From NCBI GenBank assembly GCA_039683575.1, contig JBDKRC010000237.1, forward strand, positions 1 to 55,672: a stretch of DNA of 55,672 nucleotides, written 5' to 3'. Made by a program: the position numbers and the translations under genes. A model generated the notes under the pieces. It was not told the DNA's origin, made no database searches, and saw only the letters and a list, made by a program, of their open reading frames with translations. The stretch comes from Armatimonadia bacterium (GTDB lineage: Bacteria > Armatimonadota > Zipacnadia > Zipacnadales > UBA11051). Of the stretch, positions 1-8,131 are shown one piece after another (the stretch's first letter is position 1; each line of letters starts with the position of its first letter).

Positions 1-112
1 AACGTCGTCGTAGAGCGAGGGCGCATGGGGCTGAGACTTGTGCTGCAAGCAGATCACCTCAACCAAGGATTCCCTTGAGACAAAACGATACCTGCTTGCT
101 GTTTTTCAGCGG

Positions 113-172
113 CTACATGATGGCGATAACCACGAGCAATTCGATCAGCGTGAAACCGGTTCGCCTGAGCAT
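113..172 (-). pseudogene. Truncated prepilin-type N-terminal cleavage/methylation (DUF1559-like) gene, MLRRTGFTLIELLVVIAIM*
   Basis: GGAGG RBS upstream of ATG at 172; canonical G|FTLIELLVVIAI motif; TAG immediately after the motif. Confidence 0.8.
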
Positions 173-307
173 ACTACACCTCCAGAGCCTAATTGGTAAG
201 GAACAGGGAATACTAGTAATAATCATGATAGCGCGGGGGAAGCGGGGAGTCAACTTCGACTTCGAGTGTGGGCGGATCGGTCTTTCAACCGCCAAACCAG
301 ATGAACG

Positions 308-339
308 AAAAGAGGGACCGGCTACTGCCGGTCCCTCTT
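308..339 (-). terminator. Intrinsic terminator after the 358..663 gene
   Basis: 13-bp stem AAGAGGGACCGGC/GCCGGTCCCTCTT with a 4-nt loop and a T-run on the minus strand. Confidence 0.8.
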
Positions 340-357
340 GGTCTTTGCGATGGACGC

Positions 358-663
358 CTATCTGATCTGGTCCAGCGAGCCCTTGGCGAACATCCACGGC
401 CACATATAGTACTTGAGCCGCGTTGTGCTTCCTTCGCTGACCATAACGTCAATGGTGTTTGCCCCGCACTGCGGCATGAGCATGTACGGGAAGTATACCT
501 TAACCCTGTGCATGCCTGGAGTGGTGGGAAGCACGTGAGTGCCCCATGGCATCGTCTGGCATACTCCGTCGATCTCGACCCGAGGGGTGCAGAAGAAGAC
601 GAACCACGCGAGGGGGAAGAAACTCAGGTTCACCTCAACGCCGGTCTGACGACCATAGGACAT
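358..663 (-). CDS. Small hypothetical protein (101 aa)
   Basis: GGAGG RBS, downstream terminator, protein-like composition. Confidence 0.7.
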   Translation of the reverse strand: MSYGRQTGVEVNLSFFPLAWFVFFCTPRVEIDGVCQTMPWGTHVLPTTPGMHRVKVYFPYMLMPQCGANTIDVMVSEGSTTRLKYYMWPWMFAKGSLDQIR

Positions 664-735
664 TGTCTGGCCTCCCGCTTCAGTGTCAACGCCATGTGCA
701 ACAAATCCGGATACTATACCAAATAGTATAGTCGG

Positions 736-3555
736 TCAAACTATGGGGAGAACTTGGCGGGCGTCGCGCAGCCATTCACGGGCTTGCTCGAGGCAGACCG
801 CGAGTTCGTCACGGCAGAGGGCGCAGCGTTGGATGGACCGGAAGAAGCGGCGGCCGTAGGGCTTGGTGATCAGGCGGGGGTCGAGGACGAAGACGACGCC
901 GTGGTCGGTGCGGGTGCGGATCAGGCGGCCGACGCCCTGTTTGAAGCCGACGATGGCCTCGGGGATGTAATAGTCGCTGACGGGGTTGCCGCCCTGGCGG
1001 CGGACGTGCTCCTTGCGAGCCTCGACGATGGGATCGTCGGGGACGGCGAAGGGGAGCTTGGCAAGCACGACGCAGCGGAGGGCTGAGCCAGGGACGTCCA
1101 CACCCTCCCAGAAGCTCTTGAGGCCGAAGAGAACGGTCTTGTCGTCCTGGCGGAGTTGGTCGAGGAGCCACCAGCGCGGGCCGGAGAGGTCCTGGCACAG
1201 CGGGCGCAGGCCGAGGCGCTCAAGGGGCTCGGCGAGGTCCTCAAAGGCGCGGCGGAGGCGGGTGCGGGCAGTGAACAGGATGAGCGTGCCGCCGTTGGCG
1301 ACCTCGCAGATCTCAAGCAGCGCCGCGTGGACCACGTCATTGAAGCTGCGGTCGCGCGGGTCAGGGAAGTCTGAGGGCACGCAGAGCAGGAGCTGCTCTT
1401 CAAGATCGAAGGGCGAGGGGAAGCTCTCTTCGCGCAGGCGGCTGCCGGTGAGCTGCAGGCCGACGCGGTACTTGAAGTGGTTGAAGGAACCGGCGACGGA
1501 GAGCGTGGCGGAGGTGAAGACGACGCTGTGCTTGGTCTCGTAGAACAGGTCCTTGAGCAGCGGCCCCACATCCACAGGAGCGGCGCGGAGCGACCAACCG
1601 CCGTTGCGGGTATCCCAGGTCTCGGCCCAGCTCACGTAGTCCTCCTCATCTCCCTCGCCATCGAGCACAATCTCGGCAGCCTCGCTGATCTCCTGCAAGC
1701 GCGAGATGATGGCCATGGCGTCCGCACTGATGCCCTGCAGTTCGGTGCGGCTGTTCTCCTCGATCTCGGCAAGGGTTTCCTGAAGGGTCTGCAAGCTGGC
1801 CATGGCGGCGGTGGCTTCGTGGATGAACTCGGCGCCGCGGCTGGCGACGGGGGCGAACTCCTCGCTCTCGCGGGCTTCGCGGGTGAGGCGGACGGAGCAG
1901 CGACCGGCATCGCCGGCACGCGCGACCGACTCGCAGAACTCCACCACTTCGATGCCGAGGGCCTCGCCGGCACCAACCATGTCGGCGAGAGCGGTGGGAA
2001 GCTGCTGCAGTATCTGCCGGGCCGGGCCCACGCCGCTGAGGTCCTCGTGGGGCTGCAGGCGCTTGTCGAGCATCTCGATCATGCCGCCGGGCTTGCCGTC
2101 GAGGCCGAGCAGGCGGGTGAGGTGATTGAGCAGCGGTGCGGAGATCTCGTGGCTGAGGCCGTCGGTGGCGACGCTCTCGATGTTCTGGGCCTCGTCGAAG
2201 ATCAGACGGGAGTGTTCGGGCAGGACGTTGCCCTCGGCATCGGCGAAGGCGAGCGCGTGGTTGATGACGATGACATCGCAGGCGCGGGCATGCTCGCGGG
2301 CCTGATCGACGCGGCAGACGTTGTGACAGGCGCAGGCGCGACCGACGCACGAGGCGCCCTGGGAGCGGAGGCGGTCAATCGTTGGTCCGAGAGTATCTAG
2401 TTCCTCCGCGACCTCAGGGGCGAGGGTCTCGAGGTCACCCGTGGGGCTGGTGGCAAGCCAGGCGGTGAGGTGCATGAGGGCAAGGTGCTCGTTCCAGAAC
2501 AGCGAGCCGCCGACATCGCCGAGCATCCAGGAAAAGGTGCGCAGGCAGGGGTAGTTGCCGCGACCCTTGAGCAGGGCGGCCTGGAAGCTGACCGGCAGGG
2601 CCTGCGACAGGACGGGCAGATCCTTGTTGATGAGCTGTTCCTGCAGGTTGCGGGTGTTAGTGGAGATGATGACGGGCTCGCCATGTTCGCGAGCCCAAAG
2701 GACGGCGGGAATGAGGTAGGCGAGGGACTTGCCGACGCCGGTGCCGGCCTCGACCATGAGCAGGCCGCCGTCCTGCAGGGTCTCGGCGACGGCGGCAGCC
2801 ATGTCCACCTGGGCAGGACGCTCTTCATAGGCCGGGAAGGCCGAGGCGATGGGCCCGTCGGCGGCGAGGAGGTCACGGGAGAGGTCGGGCAGGAGTTGGC
2901 CAGTGTGCTCCTTCTCCAGGCGGCGCGGCTTGCCCGCCACGGGCATGAGGCTCGCGAAATGGCCGAGGGCCTGACGGCGTTCCTCCGGTGTGAGACTGGG
3001 CCAGGGAAGCCAGGCGAGCTTCTGCGGGTCGCCGCGTTCGTAGTGGAGGATCGCGAGGAGTTCGCGTGGGAGGTTGGAGAAGCGGACGCGGAGGGCGTCT
3101 TGGAGACGGGGGAGGAGGGCGAGGGTGTCTGGAAGATTGACGCATGTTTGTGGTGCGGTCGCGCCGTGACCGCTTGCGGTCACTTGGGGAGCGCTCCTAC
3201 CGGTTCCTTCGTCACTTGTCGCATCGAGACCGAGGTGGCGGGTTAGGGCCGGGAGGGCGTAGCCGGGGGAGTCGGGGGCGGCGACCAGGGCGCCCTCGAA
3301 GAGGTCAATGAGGTTGCCGAGAGGCTTGCGCGCCAGGGGCAGGATCTCGGTCTGGGAGAGCAGGTTGGTGAGCAGCCGGGCACGGTAGCAGACGATGGGG
3401 TGGTCGCCGCAGAAGAGCAGGAACTCCGTCAGCGGGGCGAGGCCGGAGCGCTGACGGGTTTGCTGCCACGACCACTCGCGGGTGGTGTCGTCCAGACGCG
3501 CGGTGAGGTGGATGGTGCTGTCTTCGATTGTTACTGCGGTGTAGATGTAGGGCAT
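736..3555 (-). CDS. dinG: DinG/YoaA-family ATP-dependent helicase with a degenerate N-terminal exonuclease-like region
   Basis: Q motif ERPAQ, Walker A EAGTGVGKS, KGRGNYPC plus Fe-S cysteines, DEAQ, SATL, FWEGVDVPG, QGVGRLIR. Confidence 0.9.
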   Translation of the reverse strand: MPYIYTAVTIEDSTIHLTARLDDTTREWSWQQTRQRSGLAPLTEFLLFCGDHPIVCYRARLLTNLLSQTEILPLARKPLGNLIDLFEGALVAAPDSPGYALPALTRHLGLDATSDEGTGRSAPQVTASGHGATAPQTCVNLPDTLALLPRLQDALRVRFSNLPRELLAILHYERGDPQKLAWLPWPSLTPEERRQALGHFASLMPVAGKPRRLEKEHTGQLLPDLSRDLLAADGPIASAFPAYEERPAQVDMAAAVAETLQDGGLLMVEAGTGVGKSLAYLIPAVLWAREHGEPVIISTNTRNLQEQLINKDLPVLSQALPVSFQAALLKGRGNYPCLRTFSWMLGDVGGSLFWNEHLALMHLTAWLATSPTGDLETLAPEVAEELDTLGPTIDRLRSQGASCVGRACACHNVCRVDQAREHARACDVIVINHALAFADAEGNVLPEHSRLIFDEAQNIESVATDGLSHEISAPLLNHLTRLLGLDGKPGGMIEMLDKRLQPHEDLSGVGPARQILQQLPTALADMVGAGEALGIEVVEFCESVARAGDAGRCSVRLTREARESEEFAPVASRGAEFIHEATAAMASLQTLQETLAEIEENSRTELQGISADAMAIISRLQEISEAAEIVLDGEGDEEDYVSWAETWDTRNGGWSLRAAPVDVGPLLKDLFYETKHSVVFTSATLSVAGSFNHFKYRVGLQLTGSRLREESFPSPFDLEEQLLLCVPSDFPDPRDRSFNDVVHAALLEICEVANGGTLILFTARTRLRRAFEDLAEPLERLGLRPLCQDLSGPRWWLLDQLRQDDKTVLFGLKSFWEGVDVPGSALRCVVLAKLPFAVPDDPIVEARKEHVRRQGGNPVSDYYIPEAIVGFKQGVGRLIRTRTDHGVVFVLDPRLITKPYGRRFFRSIQRCALCRDELAVCLEQAREWLRDARQVLPIV

Positions 3556-3559
3556 GAAA

Positions 3560-3599
3560 GGCGTTGATCGTTGATCGTTGATGGTAGAGGCAAAGGCGA
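3560..3599 (+). repeat. Heptamer element, GTTGATC half
   Basis: GGC-GTTGATC-GTTGATC-GTTGATG-GTAGAGG-CAAAGGCGA; near-identical reverse copy at ~48392-48431. Confidence 0.8.
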
Positions 3600-3616
3600 G
3601 TCAGTCGCCACGGAGT

Positions 3617-3768
3617 GTCGGTTCGGGACGAACCGACCTACGCGTTCAAGAAAGGGTGCGGGACGAACCGACGTACGCGGGCGGCAAGAGACGCGTAGGC
3701 GGGTTCATCCTTGAACCCGCAATCGGTCCGGTGCGGCGGTGTCGGTGCGGGACGCACCGACCTACGCG
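3617..3768. repeat. Cluster of four GTAG-type REP palindromes
   Basis: Copies at 3617-3644, 3655-3679, 3692-3720 and 3741-3768; pattern CGCGTAGG followed by a hairpin, e.g. TCGGTGCG-TCC-CGCACCGA. Confidence 0.85.
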
Positions 3769-3794
3769 TTGGGAAGAAGGCGGTGCGAGAGCAG

Positions 3795-4835
3795 CTAGGC
3801 CATTTCGCGGGACACTTCGGCCATGGCGATGAAGTTTTTGGCGGCGCGGTCGGTGTAGGTGCCGGAGGCTGTGCCGCCGAGGACGAAGTTGTCCGGGCCG
3901 GCTTGAAGGAGGCGTTCGCGGGCTATGGCGCGGACCGTTGCCTCGGACTCTTTGTCTATGACTTCCATGTCATCAAGGTTGCCGACGATGCAGACGCGGC
4001 CGGCGAGGGTCTCGCGGGCTTTGACGAGGTCGCAGTCGCCCCAGGGCGGGGCCTCGAAGCAGTCGGCGGCGTCCATGCCGATGTCGGCGAACATCTCGAG
4101 GTACTTCATCACCGGGCCGTGGTTGTGATAGTAGACGACGGCGCCGTGATCGTGCATGAGCTTGACGAGCTTCTGGTCGGGCTCGGTGACGGTCTGGCGG
4201 TAGGCGTAGGGGCCGAGTTGGGTCGAAGCGTACTCGCCGCCGATGATGCGGAAGCCGTCGATGCCGGCGCGGCAGGCAGCCTCAGCGCTCTCAAGGACAC
4301 GCTCGTTGGCGATGCGGATGAGCTGCAGGAAGGCATCGGGCGCGTCCACCCAGAGCAGGGCGAAGTCTTCGGGCGAAAAGAGCGTGGCGGGAGTGCAGAT
4401 GGCGTCGGAGAAGCCGCAGAGGACGAGGCCCTCGTCGCCGAGGCGGTCCTTCCATTGGTTGAAGACCGTGGGGTCGGGTAGCACTGGCTCGTAGGGGACC
4501 GAGAGCGCTTTCTCGATGTCATCGGCGGTCCGGCAGGGGAACTCCATGGTTGCCTGGGTTATGTCGGTGCGCCGGTTTAGCTGGTGGAGGTCGCCCTTGG
4601 GAGTGTGGTAGGTGAAGCGGGTGACGTAGCCCTCGGTCTCGACGGTGGTCTTGACGGCCTTGCCCCAGAAGCCGCCGCCGGCGCCGCCGACTGAGGCGAT
4701 GAAGTCGGTCTTCTGAACCAGTTCGAAACCGATCTCGCTGTCGGGATCGACGTGGCCGAAGCCGAAGGGGGCGACTGGCACGCGGTCGGGCTTCTGATGG
4801 GCGAAGGCGCAGAGCAGGCGGTCGCGGGAGTTCAC
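3795..4835 (-). CDS. Uroporphyrinogen decarboxylase (URO-D/CIMS-like) family protein
   Basis: GTG start with GGAG RBS; SRDRLL..F....PDRVP N-terminus, HNHG, GNLD. Confidence 0.8.
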   Translation of the reverse strand: MNSRDRLLCAFAHQKPDRVPVAPFGFGHVDPDSEIGFELVQKTDFIASVGGAGGGFWGKAVKTTVETEGYVTRFTYHTPKGDLHQLNRRTDITQATMEFPCRTADDIEKALSVPYEPVLPDPTVFNQWKDRLGDEGLVLCGFSDAICTPATLFSPEDFALLWVDAPDAFLQLIRIANERVLESAEAACRAGIDGFRIIGGEYASTQLGPYAYRQTVTEPDQKLVKLMHDHGAVVYYHNHGPVMKYLEMFADIGMDAADCFEAPPWGDCDLVKARETLAGRVCIVGNLDDMEVIDKESEATVRAIARERLLQAGPDNFVLGGTASGTYTDRAAKNFIAMAEVSREMA

Positions 4836-4860
4836 GTGTTGGGCTCCGGAGAGAGAGATG

Positions 4861-4901
4861 ACGGCGAAAACGGAAAACGGAAAACAGAAAACGGAAGACA
4901 G
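4861..4901 (+). repeat. Heptamer element, GAAAACR half
   Basis: ACGGC-GAAAACG-GAAAACG-GAAAACA-GAAAACG-GAAGACA-G. Confidence 0.8.
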
Positions 4902-4934
4902 GGAGAGGCGAACGAGTCGGTTTTCTGTGGCGGT

Positions 4935-4962
4935 GTGGGTGCGGGACGCACCCACCTACGCG
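4935..4962 (-). repeat. GTAG-type REP
   Basis: GTGGGTGCG-GGA-CGCACCCAC-CTACGCG; one mismatch to 13715-13742. Confidence 0.85.
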
Positions 4963-5027
4963 AGAAGGGCAGGTCTGAGACGGGTTGAGGGGTAATGATA
5001 GCATATCTTTGGGTGATGAGGAACATT

Positions 5028-7991
5028 ATGCGATACTGGGCGCTTTGCGGGCTGCTATTGGGGAGTTTGGCCTGGGGACAGCCGGGGCCCGCGACGGTTT
5101 GCTTTGGTGGGTTTGAGGAGGGGAAGGTGTGGTCGGGCGGGACTGTGAGCACCGACGTGGTGAAGGTGGGGAAGGGGGCGATGCGGTGGGTGCCGGCGAA
5201 GGCGGCTAGTGTGTCGGCGCAGGGCGTGCCGACGGACTGGTCGGGGTATGACAGGCTGAGCTTCTGGCTGCACAGCGCTAAGGCGAATGGGCAGATCATT
5301 ACCATTGTGGCGACTTCGGAGAATCCGGCCAATGGCAAGGAAGAGTGGGACTATTACTTCTATCACCTGACGGTGGACTGGGCGGGCTGGCGGCAGGTGA
5401 CGCTGCGCAAGGGGCAGGAGCTGCAGGCGTCGCGGCGGCCGCTGGGATGGGACCAGATACAGTCGCTGACGTTCAACTCGGGCGGGTGGGACCATAAGGC
5501 GCTGGCGGATACGGAGTTGGTGCTGGATGAGGTGTGCCTGTCGCGAGACCCGGTGGCGGTGGAGATGGGGCAGGCCGAGCGCATGGAGGGGCCGGTGCGG
5601 GTGGTGCAGCGGGTGAAGGTTACGGGGCGGGATGACAAGCCGGTGCGGGTGAAGCTGGGGCTTGATAGGGCGGGGCTGAAGCAGTTTGAGGCGGAGATTG
5701 AGAAGGGAGAACTGGGGCCGCTGGGGAGTGGGCAGACCGCGGAGGCCGTGGTGACGATGAGGCTAAAGGCGGGAGTGAAGGCGGAGCCGCTGGCGCGGGA
5801 GGCGGTGACGCTGGAGGTGACACCGGTGGGCTACGAGCAGGCGGCACAGAGGGTGGAAGTGGCGGCGACGGTGCCGCTGGCGGCGCGGCCGCACCCACGG
5901 CTGTTCTTGACGGCGGCGGAGATCGCGGCGGCTAAGGAGCGGGCGGGGCGGCTGCCGTGGGCCGACGCGCAACTCAAGGGCATCATATCGCGCGGCGAGG
6001 CGGCGCTGAAGCTCAACTGCGCCGAGATACCGGACCGGGGAGGGCAGTGGGGGCACTACTATGTGTGCAAGACGTGCGGCGTGAGCCTGAAGAAGCTCGA
6101 CAACACGCACCACGAGTGCCCGAAGTGCAAGCAGGTCTACAGCGGGTGGCCGTGGGACGACGTGATCATCGCCAACATCCATCACAGCTTTACCGATGGC
6201 ATTGAGCGGCTGGGGCTGGCGTATGCGTTCAGTGGCGAGGAGAAGTATGCGGAGAAGGCGCGGGAGATATTGCTGGCGTATGGGGAGAAGTACCGGACGT
6301 TTCCGTACCATGACAGCCGGGGGGGCGAAGCGCGGTCGGGTGGGAGACTGTATGCACAGACGCTGGATGAGTCGGTGGACATCATCGGGGTGGCCTTTGG
6401 GTATGACCTGGTGCATGACGCGAAGTGCTTCACGGCGGAGGATCATAAGAAGATTGAGGACGGGTATCTGCGGGAGGTCTGCCGGACTATCCAGCGGCAT
6501 GATGCGGGGATCTCGAACTGGCAGACATGGCACAACGCGGGTGTCGCGGCGGTGGGGTTCTGTCTCGATGACCCGGAGTTGATTGGATGGGCGATCAACG
6601 GCAAGAGCGGGCTGCGGTTTCAGCTCAAGAACAGCGTGCTGCCGGATGGCTTTTGGTATGAGGGGACGGCGGGGTACCACTTCTATGCGCTGGATGCGCT
6701 GCGGTATACGGTCGAGGCCGCGTACCAGGCGGGGATAGACTTCTACGGCGACCCGGTGTACAAGTCGCTGTATGAGGGGCCGATGCAGTATACGTTCCCG
6801 GATGGAAATTTCCCGGCGATCAATGACAGCAGCAAGATGAGCATCTCGGGGCAGAGCCGGCTGTATGAGGTGGCGTATGCGCGGTTCAAAGACCCGAACT
6901 TTGCGTGGGTGGCGGGGTTTGGCAAGCGCGGGAGCCTTGAGGCGTTCCTGTGGGGAGTGGAGGAACTTCCGGCGGTGACGGCTCCGAGGCTGGCGAGTAA
7001 GGATTTCAACGGGCTGGGCGCGGCGGTGCTGCGGGTGGGCGAGGGGGCGGACGCGGCTTATGTGCACTTTGACTACGGGCCGCATGGGGGTGGGCACGGG
7101 CATCCGGACAAGATGGTAGTGACGCTGTATGCGCTGGGGCAGGAGCTGGCACCCGATCCGGGGTGCCTGGCGTATGCGGCGGCGCTGCATACGAGCTGGT
7201 ACCGGCAATCGGTGGCGCATAATGTGATTGTGGTGGATGGGAAGTCGCAGACGCCGACGGAGGGAAAGCGCGAACTATTCGCGTCGTGGCCGGAAGCGGC
7301 GCTGGCGACGGGGTCGTGCGGGACGGCGTATGAGGGCGTGACGTTGAAGCGGACGGTGCTGCTGACGCCGACTTACATGCTGGACCTGCACGGGGCGGTT
7401 AGTGACAAGCCGCATGTGTATGACTATGTGTGGCACAACGTGGGGACGATGACCCCGAACGTGGCGGTGACGCCGACGGAGGGGACGCTGGGGAAGGACG
7501 CGGGGTATCAGCACTTCACGGGGCTGCAGCAAGGGTCGGGGGAGAAGGACTGGAGCGTGGACTTCGTGCAGGCCGGAGCGGGCGAGACGCCCGCACTACG
7601 CGGGTCGGGGACAGTGCGGCTGACGATGGTTGGGGCAGCCGGGACGGAGTTGTACTTTGGGAGCGGGCTCGCGGGGCGGCCGCCGCAGCCGTGCCCGATG
7701 GTGGTGGCGAGGCGGCAGTGGACGGAGACGCTGTTTGCGTCGGTGGTGAACTTCAGCAAAACGGCGCCGGACGTGACGGCGGTGGAGTTGGTGCCGGTGA
7801 TGGTGGACGGGAAGGCGGTGAGTAGCCAGCAGGCGGTGGCGGTGAAGGTGACGCGCGGGGCGGCGGAGGACTGGCTGCTGGTGGCTACGGCGGCGGGGGA
7901 GAAGCGGTTTGGGGAGTTCACGACGACGGCGCGGGCGTGTCTTGTGACGCGGGAGGGCGGGAAGGTTGTGGGTATGCGGCAGGTGGAGTAG
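5028..7991 (+). CDS. Secreted heparinase II/III / alginate-lyase-like polysaccharide lyase with an N-terminal carbohydrate-binding-like domain
   Basis: Signal peptide; HPRLFL, CxxC..CxxC, QTLDES, SNWQTWHN, DGFWYEG..GYHFY, HGGGHGHPD, AHNVIVVDG motifs. Confidence 0.85.
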   Translation: MRYWALCGLLLGSLAWGQPGPATVCFGGFEEGKVWSGGTVSTDVVKVGKGAMRWVPAKAASVSAQGVPTDWSGYDRLSFWLHSAKANGQIITIVATSENPANGKEEWDYYFYHLTVDWAGWRQVTLRKGQELQASRRPLGWDQIQSLTFNSGGWDHKALADTELVLDEVCLSRDPVAVEMGQAERMEGPVRVVQRVKVTGRDDKPVRVKLGLDRAGLKQFEAEIEKGELGPLGSGQTAEAVVTMRLKAGVKAEPLAREAVTLEVTPVGYEQAAQRVEVAATVPLAARPHPRLFLTAAEIAAAKERAGRLPWADAQLKGIISRGEAALKLNCAEIPDRGGQWGHYYVCKTCGVSLKKLDNTHHECPKCKQVYSGWPWDDVIIANIHHSFTDGIERLGLAYAFSGEEKYAEKAREILLAYGEKYRTFPYHDSRGGEARSGGRLYAQTLDESVDIIGVAFGYDLVHDAKCFTAEDHKKIEDGYLREVCRTIQRHDAGISNWQTWHNAGVAAVGFCLDDPELIGWAINGKSGLRFQLKNSVLPDGFWYEGTAGYHFYALDALRYTVEAAYQAGIDFYGDPVYKSLYEGPMQYTFPDGNFPAINDSSKMSISGQSRLYEVAYARFKDPNFAWVAGFGKRGSLEAFLWGVEELPAVTAPRLASKDFNGLGAAVLRVGEGADAAYVHFDYGPHGGGHGHPDKMVVTLYALGQELAPDPGCLAYAAALHTSWYRQSVAHNVIVVDGKSQTPTEGKRELFASWPEAALATGSCGTAYEGVTLKRTVLLTPTYMLDLHGAVSDKPHVYDYVWHNVGTMTPNVAVTPTEGTLGKDAGYQHFTGLQQGSGEKDWSVDFVQAGAGETPALRGSGTVRLTMVGAAGTELYFGSGLAGRPPQPCPMVVARRQWTETLFASVVNFSKTAPDVTAVELVPVMVDGKAVSSQQAVAVKVTRGAAEDWLLVATAAGEKRFGEFTTTARACLVTREGGKVVGMRQVE

Positions 7992-8027
7992 AGGTTGGTG
8001 GATTCAAGGCAGGTGGGCAGGGGAAGA

Positions 8028-8055
8028 GATCGCGGTCTGGTGACCGCTCCTACAG
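8028..8055 (-). repeat. GTAGGAGCG-family REP
   Basis: GATCGCGGTCTGGTGACCGCTCCTACAGG; compensatory variant GATCGCGCTCTGGTGAGCGCTCCTACAGG at ~10952-10980. Confidence 0.8.
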
Positions 8056-8076
8056 GCGACGGTAGAGGTTGACGCA

Positions 8077-8113
8077 GAAAAGCGGGACAGGCCCTGTGGC
8101 CTGTCCCGTTTTC
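8077..8113. terminator. Bidirectional intrinsic terminator
   Basis: AAAAG-CGGGACAGGCC-CTGT-GGCCTGTCCCG-TTTT between convergent genes. Confidence 0.85.
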
Positions 8114-8131
8114 GTTGGTGAAGGCAGGTTA

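Noticed and set aside
736..3555. CasDinG / type IV CRISPR
   Set aside because: No cas genes or array nearby; it looks like an ordinary chromosomal DinG.
3617..3768. CRISPR array
   Set aside because: Units differ in sequence, orientation and spacing, which is REP-like; the same holds for 18052-18441 and 30274-30412.
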